Positions 1 through 9,847 are shown, numbered from the stretch's first letter. The stretch is 33,039 bases of DNA from PVC group bacterium (GCA_003565195.1 PXCX01000138.1:1-33039), one strand, 5' to 3'. Notes: generated by a model not told the origin, from the letters alone. Translations and numbers: made by a program.

Positions 1-3000
1 CACTGCGGTTTGACCGGGATATCGCGGGTGGAACGCGGATGGTGGTGCCGCGTTTATCGCGCCGACGGCGCTCTGGTGCCGCTCGCCGATTTGGAAGGCG
101 TGTTACCGTTGTTGCATGACCGCATGACCGAAGGGATCTATACCCGGGTTGACGATTTACTGGATGTGGGCGAACCGGCGCCGCTGGAACGGGTGGATGT
201 CCTGAAACACGGTCGTGCCGCGCTTGTGCAGGCGAATACCGCCATGGGATTGGCGCTCAACGACGATGAAATCGATTACCTTCTCAAGATATTTAAACAA
301 TTGAACCGCAATCCATCTGATGCCGAACTGCTGATGTTCGGACAGGTTAACTCCGAACATTGCCGCCATAAGATCTTCAATGCAAGCTGGCGGATTGACG
401 GCCAAACACAGGCAAAGACCTTGTTTGACATGATTCGCCACACCCATGCTCAGCATCCCGAAGGGACCATGGTCGCATATCGTGATAATGCTGCCGTGAT
501 CGAGGGGTTCCGGGAACGCTGTTTTGATGCCGATCCCGCCGATGACTATTGTTATCGCACACGTGACGAACAGTGCGATATAGTTATAAAAGTCGAGACC
601 CACAATCATCCCACGGCCATTTCTCCCTGGCCGGGTGCGGCAACCGGTGTGGGGGGGGAGATCCGTGACGAGACGGCAACCGGACGCGGCGCGTTCAGTA
701 AAGCCGGATTGTCTGCGTTGATCGTATCGCATTTGCGGTTGCCCGGCTTCGAGCAACCGTGGGAAAACGCGATATCCAAGCCGCCCGCCCATTTGGCGAC
801 TCCGTTGCAGATTATGCTTGACGGGCCCCTGGGTGGCGCCGCTTTCGGCAACGAATTCGGGCGTCCGCAATTATGCGGTATCTTCAAGACCTTCGGCATC
901 CGCCATAATGGCCGTGCCTACGGTTATCATAAACCGATTATGGCCGCCGGCGGCCTGGGCGGTATCCGGCGTATTCATGCATTGAAGGGAAGTATGCCGC
1001 CGGGCGCCACGGTGTTGCAGATCGGGGGGCCGGCCTTGCGCATCGGGTTGGGTGGCGGCGCGGCATCGTCGATGGCCAGTGGCAGTAATCAGGCCGAACT
1101 GGATTTCAATTCGGTGCAACGCGACAACGCCGAAATGCAGCGACGCTGCCAGGAAGTCGTCAATACACTTTGCAGTATGCGTGAACGGAATCCGATTATC
1201 AGTATTCATGATATCGGAGCCGGCGGTCTTTCGAACGCCTGCCCCGAACTGGTGGCCGAAAGCGGAGGACACTTTTATCTGAGACGTATTCCCAACGAAG
1301 AACCGTCGATGAATCCCATGGAAATTTGGTGCTGCGAAGCCCAGGAACGTTATGTCCTGGCGGTCCCGCGGGACCGACTGGAAGACGTCATCGCTATATG
1401 CCGGCGCGAACGGTGCCCGGTTGCCGCGATCGGTGAAACCAGCGGTGACGGACGGTTGATTCTCGACGACGAATATTTCGGTGAGCGCCCCATTGATATC
1501 GACTTGGACGTGATTCTGGGACGGCCGCCCAAAATGGTGCGTGACGTCCAGCGCGAACCCAGTCCCGGGGTTGCTTTGGATGTGGAAGGTATAAGCCTTG
1601 ACGAGGCGGTCCGGCGCGTGCTGCGGTTACCCGCTGTGGCTCGCAAGAATTTCCTGATTACCATTGGCGATCGCAGTGTGACCGGACTGGTAGCACGCGA
1701 TCAAATGGTTGGTCCCTATCAGGTTCCGGTGGCCGATTATGCGATGACCGTCACCGATTACGAGTCTTATACCGGAGAAACCATGGCCATGGGTGAACGG
1801 ATCAATCTGGCGCCGCTGTATGCGGCCGCATCGGGTCGGATGGCCATCGCCGAGGCGCTGACCAATATCGCCGCCGCCGATATCGGCGATATTGGCCGGA
1901 TCAAACTCTCGGCGAATTGGATGTGTGCCTGTGGTGAAAAAGGACAGGATGCCGAATTGTATGACACCGTGCATGCCGTCGGCATGGAATTTTGTCCCGC
2001 TCTGGGGATCAGTATCCCGGTCGGTAAGGATTCGCTGTCGATGCGTACGCGCTGGACGGACAAGCAGGGGAATGACCATTGTGTCAGCGCACCCGTCAGC
2101 CTGATCGTCAGCGCGTTTGCGCCGGTTCGCGATGTGCGCCGCTCGGTTACGCCGCAACTTCAGCCGCTGGAAGCGAGCGTCCTGTTGCTGGCGGATCTGG
2201 GCGAAGGACGCAACCGTTTGGGCGGCAGTGCGCTGGCACAAGTTTACGGACAGTTGGGTGACGAGGTGCCCGATATCGGGCAGCCGCCACGACTGGCCGC
2301 TTTTTTCCGTGCCGTACAACAATTGCTGGCCGACGGGCATCTGCTGGCCTATCATGACCGGTCCGATGGTGGCTTGCTGGTAACGGTTGCCGAAATGTGT
2401 TTTGCCGGGGGGATGGGATGCCGTTTGGAATGGTCCGGTCACGACACCGATCCAATCCGGTTTGCCTTGGCGGCCTTGTTCGCGGAGGAAGCCGGCGCGG
2501 TATTTCAGGTCCGTACGGCCGATGTTGCCGCGGTGCAAACAGTGTTCGAGCAGCAGGGGATCGGCGATATCCTGCAGGAGATCGGGAAACCGCTTGCGGA
2601 GAAGCTGTTTGACGTGCGGGTAAACGGCGAATCCGTTTTCAGTGAACGACTCTGTGAGTTGAATCGCGGGTGGTCCGAACTAAGTTGGCGTATGCAGATG
2701 TTGCGGGATGATCCCGTTTGCGCGACGGAAGAATACGATGCGTTGCTTGACGAGACCGATCCGGGAATGACCGTTCACGCCACGTTCGATCCCGAAACAC
2801 CGTTTAATGTGCCTTCGTGCCGTCCACCGCTGGCGATTTTGCGTGAACAGGGCGTGAACGGGCATATCGAAATGGCGGCTGCATTTGATCGCGCCGGATT
2901 CGATTGCATTGATATCCACATGACGGAACTGCTTGACGGGACGCGTGACTTGTCCGAATTCGTGATGCTGGTGGCCTGTGGCGGTTTTTCGTATGGTGAC

Positions 3001-3594
3001 GTGCTTGGGGCGGGCACCGGCTGGGCTCGGACCGTGCTTTACAACGAACGCTTGAAAAACATGTTCAGCGAATTTTTCGCGTCGCCCAACACCATGACGC
3101 TGGGGGTTTGCAATGGTTGCCAGATGCTGTCCCAATTGCGTGACATCATTCCCGGTGCCGCAAACTGGCCGCGGTTTGTCGCGAATCGTAGCGAACGGTT
3201 CGAGGGTCGCTTTGTTACCGTCGAAATCATGCCGTCGCCCTCCTTGCTGTTGCGGGACATGACCGGTTCCCGTCTGGGGGTGTCGATCGCGCATGGCGAG
3301 GGTTGTGCGGCGTTCGAAGCTCATGACCTCGCAAAGGCCAGGGCCAAAAACCTGGTGGTCGTTCGGTATGTTGACCATCGAGGGGCGCCGACCCAGGTGT
3401 ATCCGTTGAATCCCAACGGATCGCCGGATGGGATTGCCGGCATGACCAGCGCGGACGGGCGGGCTACCATTATGATGCCGCATCCCGAACGCGGATTCCG
3501 CGCCATTCAATATTCCTGGCGCCCGACCGACATGACCGGCGAAGCCGGCTGGTGGTTGCGTATGTTTCAGAACGCGCGCAAGGTTATCGGCTAG
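1..3594 (+). CDS. purL: phosphoribosylformylglycinamidine (FGAM) synthase, single-chain large form; 5' end lies outside the window
   Basis: The frame is open from nt 1; the listed ORF merely starts at an internal TTG at nt 10. Hallmark motifs are present: [25 protein letters not shown] (FGAM synthase core), the C-terminal glutaminase nucleophile GVCNGCQML, and HGEG / MPHPER. The ~1195 aa seen are consistent with a ~1300-aa single-chain PurL missing ~100 N-terminal residues. Confidence 0.95.
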   Translation, partial: HCGLTGISRVERGWWCRVYRADGALVPLADLEGVLPLLHDRMTEGIYTRVDDLLDVGEPAPLERVDVLKHGRAALVQANTAMGLALNDDEIDYLLKIFKQLNRNPSDAELLMFGQVNSEHCRHKIFNASWRIDGQTQAKTLFDMIRHTHAQHPEGTMVAYRDNAAVIEGFRERCFDADPADDYCYRTRDEQCDIVIKVETHNHPTAISPWPGAATGVGGEIRDETATGRGAFSKAGLSALIVSHLRLPGFEQPWENAISKPPAHLATPLQIMLDGPLGGAAFGNEFGRPQLCGIFKTFGIRHNGRAYGYHKPIMAAGGLGGIRRIHALKGSMPPGATVLQIGGPALRIGLGGGAASSMASGSNQAELDFNSVQRDNAEMQRRCQEVVNTLCSMRERNPIISIHDIGAGGLSNACPELVAESGGHFYLRRIPNEEPSMNPMEIWCCEAQERYVLAVPRDRLEDVIAICRRERCPVAAIGETSGDGRLILDDEYFGERPIDIDLDVILGRPPKMVRDVQREPSPGVALDVEGISLDEAVRRVLRLPAVARKNFLITIGDRSVTGLVARDQMVGPYQVPVADYAMTVTDYESYTGETMAMGERINLAPLYAAASGRMAIAEALTNIAAADIGDIGRIKLSANWMCACGEKGQDAELYDTVHAVGMEFCPALGISIPVGKDSLSMRTRWTDKQGNDHCVSAPVSLIVSAFAPVRDVRRSVTPQLQPLEASVLLLADLGEGRNRLGGSALAQVYGQLGDEVPDIGQPPRLAAFFRAVQQLLADGHLLAYHDRSDGGLLVTVAEMCFAGGMGCRLEWSGHDTDPIRFALAALFAEEAGAVFQVRTADVAAVQTVFEQQGIGDILQEIGKPLAEKLFDVRVNGESVFSERLCELNRGWSELSWRMQMLRDDPVCATEEYDALLDETDPGMTVHATFDPETPFNVPSCRPPLAILREQGVNGHIEMAAAFDRAGFDCIDIHMTELLDGTRDLSEFVMLVACGGFSYGDVLGAGTGWARTVLYNERLKNMFSEFFASPNTMTLGVCNGCQMLSQLRDIIPGAANWPRFVANRSERFEGRFVTVEIMPSPSLLLRDMTGSRLGVSIAHGEGCAAFEAHDLAKARAKNLVVVRYVDHRGAPTQVYPLNPNGSPDGIAGMTSADGRATIMMPHPERGFRAIQYSWRPTDMTGEAGWWLRMFQNARKVIG

Positions 3595-3615
3595 ACTCGC
3601 AATCGTCGTTTTTTC

Positions 3616-4650
3616 TTATTTGTATTGAGCACGCTGGGCCTGGCCTTTGCGTGCACTACGGACGGCAAGATCAAGGATGTGAATCGGGCGCCGCGACCAT
3701 TCCGGCGTAATCACCAGCGCTGTTTTTTTGGTAAGATGATCGGCGATGTTCTGATAAAATTTCCAGCCTTCGGATGGCGGGTTGCGGCCTTCGCGGGTGA
3801 GCGTGGTTTCGCCGTCGTGGGTGATGCATTTCCATGTCGAGCCATCCATGACGTAGGTTCCCTTGGTTCCGGTGATCTCAAGATTGCCCGGTTTAGGGTT
3901 GGAGTCCAGTTGGGTGATGCACAGCGATGACCATCGGCCATCGCCATAACGAATCACGGCGTATGCCTCGTCTTCGTTGGTGTCCTTTTTCCAGGCGGTT
4001 TTGGAGGACCAGAATCCTGTTTTGGCGTAGCCGCTGACTTCGGCAATCTCGGCACGCATCAATTGAAGGGTATACTCAAGCAAATGGACACCCCAATCAT
4101 AAAGAATACCGCCGGATATCTTGCGGTTGGATCGCCACCAGTCGCGCGGCAATCCCCAGGCACCCATGTGCGCCTCGATCCGGACGATCTCGCCGATCGT
4201 TTTTTTGTTGATCAATTGGTTGACGGCTTCCATAATGCAGCCATCCCAGTGACGGTTGTGGTAGGTTGAAAGCACAACCCGGTTTTTACGCGCGGCAGCG
4301 ATCATTTTGTCGCACTCCGCGGTGGTGATCGCCAGCGGCTTTTCGCATACCACGTGACGGCCGGCATTCAAACATTGCAAAGCCAGTTTGGCGTGGGTAT
4401 TGTGCGGGGTAATGATCGCCAGCAGCTCGACATCCGATCGCTTAAGCATGGTTGTGACGCTGCTGTAGGTCGCGATTCCCGGAAAATCTTGCTGGGCAAT
4501 TTTAAGGCGCTCCGGATCGATCTCAGCAATCGCGACCGGCGTCATGCCCGCCTTGTTCATCTCGTTCAGATGGGCGCGTCCCATGCCGAACGCGCTGCCA
4601 TAGCCGATGACGCCGACCTTGATATCGCTTGCGGATTTGTATTTTTTCAT
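3616..4650 (-). CDS. Gfo/Idh/MocA family NAD(P)-dependent oxidoreductase
   Basis: N-terminal Rossmann motif VGVIGYGSAFGMG and the family EKP motif (VVCEKPLA) in a 344-aa protein. An SD-like AAAGGA lies 6 nt upstream of the ATG at 4650. It is the last gene of the minus-strand operon, 29 nt after the upstream gene. Confidence 0.9.
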   Translation of the reverse strand: MKKYKSASDIKVGVIGYGSAFGMGRAHLNEMNKAGMTPVAIAEIDPERLKIAQQDFPGIATYSSVTTMLKRSDVELLAIITPHNTHAKLALQCLNAGRHVVCEKPLAITTAECDKMIAAARKNRVVLSTYHNRHWDGCIMEAVNQLINKKTIGEIVRIEAHMGAWGLPRDWWRSNRKISGGILYDWGVHLLEYTLQLMRAEIAEVSGYAKTGFWSSKTAWKKDTNEDEAYAVIRYGDGRWSSLCITQLDSNPKPGNLEITGTKGTYVMDGSTWKCITHDGETTLTREGRNPPSEGWKFYQNIADHLTKKTALVITPEWSRRPIHILDLAVRSARKGQAQRAQYK

Positions 4651-4679
4651 GGATGATCCTTTCTTAGTGAGTTTAATTC

Positions 4680-6053
4680 TTAATTGACAAGACTTTGAAT
4701 GGGGGCCGGGATATGGCCTCCATGTTGCGCAAACGCTTCACTTCCGGTTGGTGCGGTAATCGGCAAAACGGTGCCGGCACCGAACAACCCGCCGAAATCG
4801 ATATGATCACCCGGCTTGGCGCCGGGTACCGGAATGATTCTCACCGCCGTGGTTTTGCGATTGCTGACTCCGATGGCGGCTTCATCCAAAATAATTCCGG
4901 CGAGCGTGGCAGTCGGTGTGTCGCCGGCGATCAATATCATGTCCAATCCAACCGAGCAGACCGCGGTCATGGCTTCGAGTTTCTCCAACGTTAACCAGCC
5001 TTCGGCCGCGGATTGAGCCAGCGCGCGATCTTCCATCACGGGAATGAAGGCCCCGGATAGTCCGCCGACGGCGGCCGAAGCAAAGGCGCCGCCTTTCTTG
5101 ACCGCATCGTTCAACAGCGCGACGGCGGCCGTCGTACCCGGCGCGCCGATGCGGGAAATACCCATGGCTTGGTAAATTTCGCCGACACTGTCGCCAACCC
5201 GGGGCGTTGGCGCCAACGAGAGGTCTAGAACCCCGAAGGGTGTATTCAATCGTTCCGCGACTTCGCGACCGATCAGTTCGCCGGTACGGGTTACCCGGAA
5301 GGCAGTGTGCTTTATTTCCTCGGCAATCTGATCAAGCGTGCAGTGGGGTCGGTCGGTAACCAGCCGCTCGACCGCCCTTTTGACTACGCCGGGACCGCTG
5401 ACTCCCACATTGATGACACATTCCGGTTCCCCCGCACCAAGATAGGCCCCCGCCATGAAAGGATTGTCTTCGGCGCTGTTTGCGAAAACGACCAGTTTGG
5501 CGGCGCCGAATCCATGCCGGTCGCTGGTTGCCGCGGCCGTGTTCTTGATCGCGCCGGCCACCCGTAAAACGGCGTCCGCATTGATGCCGGCGCGGGTGGT
5601 CGCGATGTTGACGGAGGCACACAACCGTTCGGTGCTGCCAAGCGCTTCCGGCAACGAATCGATCAGAAACTGTTCCCCTGGCGTCATACCCTTGTGAACC
5701 AGTGCGGTATAACCACCGATCAGATCCACCTGTACCGCGGCGGCGGCGGCATCCAATGCCTTGGCCAGACGCGTTGCGGCATGCTGGTCGTGGCCTTCAA
5801 GTAAACGCGAAGCAGGCGAAACAGCCAGCCGCTTGTTGATAATCGGAATCCCGTAACGGGCCGATATTTCGTCGCAGGTCGCCACAAGATTGGCGGCTTT
5901 TCGGGTGATTTTGTCGTGCACTGCGGATGCGACGGATGTCATGCTGCGTCCGGCACAATCCGATAAGTCGATGCCCATCGTCACGGTGCGTACGTCCAGA
6001 TTCTCGTCCTGAAGCATCCGGACTGTTTCCAGAACATTATCGGTTCTATACAT
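4680..6053 (-). CDS. UPF0210 / DUF711 family protein (function unknown)
   Basis: 457 aa. The N-terminus (VLETVRMLQDENLDVRTVTMGIDLSDC) and the overall Gly/Ala-rich pattern match what I recall of the ~450-aa UPF0210 family, which is classically encoded next to a small ACT-domain protein. It overlaps the upstream ACT gene by 8 nt. Confidence 0.8.
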   Translation of the reverse strand: MYRTDNVLETVRMLQDENLDVRTVTMGIDLSDCAGRSMTSVASAVHDKITRKAANLVATCDEISARYGIPIINKRLAVSPASRLLEGHDQHAATRLAKALDAAAAAVQVDLIGGYTALVHKGMTPGEQFLIDSLPEALGSTERLCASVNIATTRAGINADAVLRVAGAIKNTAAATSDRHGFGAAKLVVFANSAEDNPFMAGAYLGAGEPECVINVGVSGPGVVKRAVERLVTDRPHCTLDQIAEEIKHTAFRVTRTGELIGREVAERLNTPFGVLDLSLAPTPRVGDSVGEIYQAMGISRIGAPGTTAAVALLNDAVKKGGAFASAAVGGLSGAFIPVMEDRALAQSAAEGWLTLEKLEAMTAVCSVGLDMILIAGDTPTATLAGIILDEAAIGVSNRKTTAVRIIPVPGAKPGDHIDFGGLFGAGTVLPITAPTGSEAFAQHGGHIPAPIQSLVN

Positions 6054-6666
6054 GCTTGAGTTTCCGATCGGGTTTGGCCCGGTCCCTGGTTTGCAAGTCC
6101 AACATTAAACCAATCGATTCGAGCTCGTTGGTTGCCCGGAAAATGTTTTCGTGACGGCAATGAACTCGCAAATCGCGCGGCTCTAGTAATATCCGCAAAT
6201 CTTCCTGGATGCGGCGGATGTCGAGTCGGGACGGGACCGTGATTTCACCGATATGAGTTACCATGGCTCCGTCAATCCGAAAATACCAGTCCTCGATGTT
6301 GATTGCTTGTTCCGCAAGGTATTCGGTTAACTGCTTGAGAATGCCAGGCGCTTCGCGCCCCATCAGCGTGAGGATATATCGTTCACTGTCGCTCGATGCT
6401 TCACAATGGTCGTGGAATTCGCGGACCATGACCGAAATCGAGTGCTCGGGAAAATTCTCCACGATCGTCATTTGAACGCTTTGTGCCGTTACCGAAGATT
6501 TGAATTCGGCGACTAGAATGACGGTGAAATATGCTTGGACCACCGTTTGGCTGATGCCTTGAATGTCTCCGCCAAGATCGGTGATTGCCGTGGTTATCCC
6601 GCGCATCAGACCTGTCCGGTCCGGTGTCAGGACCGAAACGACATAGCGTGCAACCTGATCTTTCAT
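6046..6666 (-). CDS. tandem ACT-domain protein (GcvR-like / UPF0237-like regulatory ligand-binding protein)
   Basis: There are two ACT-like beta-alpha-beta-beta-alpha-beta units: YVVSVLTPDRTGLMRGITTAITDLGGDIQGIS... and YILTLMGREAPGILKQLTEYLAEQAINIEDW.... I chose the internal ATG at 6666 (MKDQVARYVV) because it forms an ATGA start/stop overlap with the upstream 125-aa gene. The longer 6870 start would overlap that gene out of frame. Confidence 0.75.
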   Translation of the reverse strand: MKDQVARYVVSVLTPDRTGLMRGITTAITDLGGDIQGISQTVVQAYFTVILVAEFKSSVTAQSVQMTIVENFPEHSISVMVREFHDHCEASSDSERYILTLMGREAPGILKQLTEYLAEQAINIEDWYFRIDGAMVTHIGEITVPSRLDIRRIQEDLRILLEPRDLRVHCRHENIFRATNELESIGLMLDLQTRDRAKPDRKLKHV

Positions 6667-7040
6667 GATGCCGGTTGCGGACGGCTGAAATAATTGCATA
6701 ACGGACATGTCCAGTCGGAATCCTCCGGCCGTTGCGGATGATCTTCCGCGGAGAGTCCGCTGCCTTCGGAAAACGCGTGAAAAATTTCGCAATGCTTCAA
6801 AAAGGCCGCGCGCGTGTTGGCGGCATAGGCAAATTTGAAACGGTTGCAGTCCGGGCGATAGTTTACCCAACTCTTGAGCGTCGCATTAATGTCTTCGTCC
6901 GCGCGTCCGATGTAACGCACGTAGAAAACCTTGTTCTCGACGTATCCCAGGGCAAAATTACCCGGCACTTTGCGCGTGACGACTTCATCGATCTTCAATG
7001 GCGATAAGGTGAACGAACCGAGCATTTCCAATGATGGCAT
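6663..7040 (-). CDS. small GIY-YIG-like protein with C-terminal HPxRP...WxCPxC motif (hypothetical)
   Basis: 125 aa. A perfect SD (GAAAGGAGG, + strand 7047-7055) lies 6 nt before the ATG at 7040, with a near-consensus promoter upstream. Motifs are PGNFALGY-x9-YIGRADEDINATLKSW (GIY...YIG-like), FKFAY...AFLKHCEIFH (conserved Glu region) and DHPQRPEDSDWTCPLC. Codon usage resembles the neighbouring genes. Confidence 0.7.
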   Translation of the reverse strand: MPSLEMLGSFTLSPLKIDEVVTRKVPGNFALGYVENKVFYVRYIGRADEDINATLKSWVNYRPDCNRFKFAYAANTRAAFLKHCEIFHAFSEGSGLSAEDHPQRPEDSDWTCPLCNYFSRPQPAS

Positions 7041-7064
7041 GATGGACCTCCTTTCAACCTGCGC

Positions 7065-7092
7065 ATTATGGCATGTTATCTTGAATTGTCAA
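7065..7092 (-). promoter_or_regulatory. sigma70-like promoter for the minus-strand operon (GIY-YIG-like -> ACT -> UPF0210 -> oxidoreductase)
   Basis: On the minus strand: TTGACA (+ coordinates 7087-7092), 16-nt spacer, CATAAT (7065-7070). This sits ~25 nt upstream of the start codon at 7040, with the SD GAAAGGAGG in between. Confidence 0.5.
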
Positions 7093-7106
7093 ATCCTGAG
7101 CAAAAC

Positions 7107-7135
7107 TTGTCAAGCGCTGGATAGTCATGTATAGT
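7107..7135 (+). promoter_or_regulatory. sigma70-like promoter for the GH4 / glycosyltransferase genes
   Basis: TTGTCA (7107-7112), exactly 17 nt of spacer, TATAGT (7130-7135). This predicts a ~60-nt leader before the ATG at 7202. It lies back-to-back with the minus-strand promoter. Confidence 0.5.
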
Positions 7136-7201
7136 GGCAATGTTTTTGGCAACGTAATGTTCCGGGAAGTGCCGGTGTGGCAATCGAAAGGAAAACTGAC
7201 A

Positions 7202-8584
7202 ATGCGGGGACCCAAAATTACAGTGATAGGCGCCGGAAGCTACTTTTTCGGCAAACAGATCATCCACAAGATGGCGTCGAGCGAGGTGATGCGCGAGGGC
7301 ACGCTTGCGCTGGTCGATACCGATAAGACGAGATTGAATACCATGCTGCGGTTGGCTCGCCGCGTTTTTAAAACAACCGGTTGCGGAGTCAAGGTCGTCG
7401 GGAATACCGATCGGCGTAAAGTTATAGGCGGGTCGGACTTCATCGTGTTGACGTTTTCCGATCGTAACGCCCATTTTCGCGGTGTCGATACCGAAATCGC
7501 GGCCCGTCACGGTATCCGTATGTGTAGTTCCGATACCATCGGTCCCGGCGGTGTTTTCCGTGCGCTACGCGAAGTTCCGCATGCGGTGGCGATGGCGCGC
7601 GATGCAGCTCGTCTGGCGCCCAACGCCTGGGTGATCAATTTCGTCAACCCGACTACCGTGCTCGGGATGGCCTTGCGCCGTTATGTTCCCGAGATTTCGA
7701 GTTTTGCGCTTTGCGATGGCCATCACGAACCGTATAACCGTTTGGGTTGGTGTAAGAATGTCGGGATTCTGCCGCAGGATGCCGAAAGCATCCCGCCGGA
7801 TGTTTTACGGCGGCTCGATTTGGCGATAGGCGGCGTGAACCATTTCACCGTTCTTTTCCGTTTCGTTTATGATGGCAAGGATATGATGCCGAGGGTACGT
7901 CGCTTCGTCAGTCGTAAAGCTGCCTCCGAAAATCAAGATCCGGGAGAACATTCCAAATCGCGTTACAACGCAACGTATGCTTTGAAACTGTTCGATCTTT
8001 TTGGTGTTTACCTGGATAACATGGGGCATACCAAGGAATATGTTCCCTATTTTCAAGGGTATGGCGTCAAACCATGCGATCCCGAACCGTTACGCCTCTT
8101 CGATGCGCCCGCTCGCGCGGCCTTGATGACCAATGCCTGGCAACAAACACGCCGCTACGCCGCCGGTCGCCTCAGTGTCAAACAATTCATGCGGGACGTC
8201 CATAACGATCATGCCTCCGATATCATCGAGAATATGTGGGGTGGGTTGGGTAAACCATTCTATATAAATACCGCTAATCACGGCGCTATCGCCAATTTGG
8301 CGCACGATGCCTTCCTGGAATTACGATGCGACATCGATATGCGCGGACCGCGTCCCCAACCGCTGGGTGATCTGCAGTGCGGCATTCTCGGTTTGCAGGC
8401 CCAGTTGCTTGATTCCCATGAATTGACTGCGGAAGCCGCCATGACCGGCGACCGTGCCGTGTTGCGCAGGGCTTTGCTTACCGATCCGATCTGTAACAAT
8501 ATCGGTGATGCCGATGCATGTATCCGCGATCTGCTGGCGGCCGAACGTGATGTGCTGCCGGCGTACTGGTATCGACGACGCTGA
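7202..8584 (+). CDS. glycoside hydrolase family 4-like (NAD+/metal-dependent glycosidase)
   Basis: N-terminal KITVIGAGSYFFG Rossmann motif directly after the start, INFVNPT, and a Cys-containing LCDGHH segment where GH4 enzymes carry the metal-binding Cys. About 460 aa. I moved the start to the ATG at 7202 (AAGGA upstream) because the ORF-track start at 7127 lies inside the predicted promoter. Confidence 0.8.
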   Translation: MRGPKITVIGAGSYFFGKQIIHKMASSEVMREGTLALVDTDKTRLNTMLRLARRVFKTTGCGVKVVGNTDRRKVIGGSDFIVLTFSDRNAHFRGVDTEIAARHGIRMCSSDTIGPGGVFRALREVPHAVAMARDAARLAPNAWVINFVNPTTVLGMALRRYVPEISSFALCDGHHEPYNRLGWCKNVGILPQDAESIPPDVLRRLDLAIGGVNHFTVLFRFVYDGKDMMPRVRRFVSRKAASENQDPGEHSKSRYNATYALKLFDLFGVYLDNMGHTKEYVPYFQGYGVKPCDPEPLRLFDAPARAALMTNAWQQTRRYAAGRLSVKQFMRDVHNDHASDIIENMWGGLGKPFYINTANHGAIANLAHDAFLELRCDIDMRGPRPQPLGDLQCGILGLQAQLLDSHELTAEAAMTGDRAVLRRALLTDPICNNIGDADACIRDLLAAERDVLPAYWYRRR

Positions 8585-8671
8585 ATGGAGGGGTAGTTTC
8601 TGGACAGGCGCTAAACCCGGCACGGTTTGGGTAGTTCCCGACTTCCGGCACGGGATGGAGAATGAGTCGCC

Positions 8672-9847
8672 ATGCCTCAGCGGGTCTTAATTGTCAACCA
8701 TACAGGGATCATGGGTGGCGCCGAAGTCGGGCTGGCGGAATGGATCCGTTTTTTGGACCGCGATCGTGTATATCCTCTGGTTGCCGCACCAATGCAGGGA
8801 CCCTTGAACGATCGATTACGGGCTGCCGGCGATCGGGTACTGGCGCAGCCGATGATCCGGGTGCAACGAACGTGGAATCCGTGCCGCATGACCGTAATGG
8901 CGGTTCAGGGATGGCGTCAGATTTCCATGTTGAGCCGTTTAGCCGGCCAGGAACGAGTCCGTGTCCTACATGCTAACAGTAATCATGCCCATCTGATCAC
9001 GGCGCCGGCGGCGCGCCGGATGGGCATGCCCTGTATCTGGCATGTGCGCGACCTGACGCCGTTGGGCTGGATCGGGCGCCGCTTATACAGGCGGGCAAGC
9101 CTAATTGTTGCCGTTTCAAAATCGGTGGAGCGCCACGTACAGCAGTATCGGACCGGTCATGACCGCGTTCGCGTGATTACCAACGGGATTGATGTAACCC
9201 GCTTTAACGGAGACAATCCTGACCGCGCGGCTGCGCGCCGGTCGCTTTTCCCGCGGATTGATGACACAATGGTTTTGATCGGAATGGTGGGCAACCTGGT
9301 TCCCTGGAAACGGCATGATCTTTTTTTGGATATCGCCGCAAACATGCTTCGTGAAAACGCCGATCAACTGCGGTTCGTGATCGTCGGTGACGATCGCTTT
9401 GGCGACCATCCGGAATACGAACGATCCCTTATTTGCCGGATTACCAAATCCCCGCTCAACGGCCGGGTTCTGCTGGCGGGATATCGTGAAGATATTCCCC
9501 GCGTTATGCAGGCCCTCGATATCCTGGTGCATCCGGCGGAACGCGAACCGTTCGGGCGGGTGATGGTCGAAGCGATGGCCGCCGACCGGCCGGTGGTGGC
9601 GGTGAACGCCGGCGGCGCATCCGAAATTGTTGTCGATCGTGTAACGGGCTATTTAACGGCGCCAAACGATGTTGGCGCGATGACCAATGCCGTCCGGTCG
9701 CTGGCGCGCAATCCCGCTTTGCGACGACAATTGGGAGAGGCCGGCCGGCAGCGGGCCTTGCGTGAATTTGATGTGCGTCGCGTCGGTCGGTTGATGACCG
9801 AAATGTACGAGGAACTGGCGAATGAATACGCGTCCGATCGTCATTAA
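8672..9847 (+). CDS. glycosyltransferase, GT4 family (GT-B fold, Glycos_transf_1-type)
   Basis: The N-terminus RVLIVNHTGIMGGAEV is typical of GT4. The C-terminal half carries LLAGYREDIP...DILVHPAEREPFGRVMVEAMAADRPVVAVNAGGASEIV (EX7E-type region). GGAGAA lies 9 nt upstream of the ATG. Confidence 0.9.
   Translation: MPQRVLIVNHTGIMGGAEVGLAEWIRFLDRDRVYPLVAAPMQGPLNDRLRAAGDRVLAQPMIRVQRTWNPCRMTVMAVQGWRQISMLSRLAGQERVRVLHANSNHAHLITAPAARRMGMPCIWHVRDLTPLGWIGRRLYRRASLIVAVSKSVERHVQQYRTGHDRVRVITNGIDVTRFNGDNPDRAAARRSLFPRIDDTMVLIGMVGNLVPWKRHDLFLDIAANMLRENADQLRFVIVGDDRFGDHPEYERSLICRITKSPLNGRVLLAGYREDIPRVMQALDILVHPAEREPFGRVMVEAMAADRPVVAVNAGGASEIVVDRVTGYLTAPNDVGAMTNAVRSLARNPALRRQLGEAGRQRALREFDVRRVGRLMTEMYEELANEYASDRH

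Noticed and set aside
157-3510. Many long antisense and out-of-frame ORFs inside purL, for example 1627-2538 (-, 303 aa), 2680-3510 (-, 276 aa) and 157-870 (-, 237 aa).
   Set aside because: The translations are Arg/Pro/Gly/His-rich and low-complexity, with no recognisable motifs. They lie wholly within an unambiguous purL reading frame. These are typical shadow ORFs of GC-rich coding DNA.
6667-6870. The longer version of the ACT-protein ORF, starting at 6870 (274 aa).
   Set aside because: The extra 68 residues (MGKLSPGLQPFQICLCRQHARG...) are Arg/Cys-rich and overlap the well-supported 125-aa gene in another frame. The ATG at 6666 gives an ATGA coupling and starts right at the first ACT unit.
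7127-7201. An N-terminal extension of the GH4 ORF from the ATG at 7127.
   Set aside because: That ATG lies inside the predicted promoter spacer and -10 region. GH4 proteins normally begin a few residues before the GxGS Rossmann motif, which fits the ATG at 7202.
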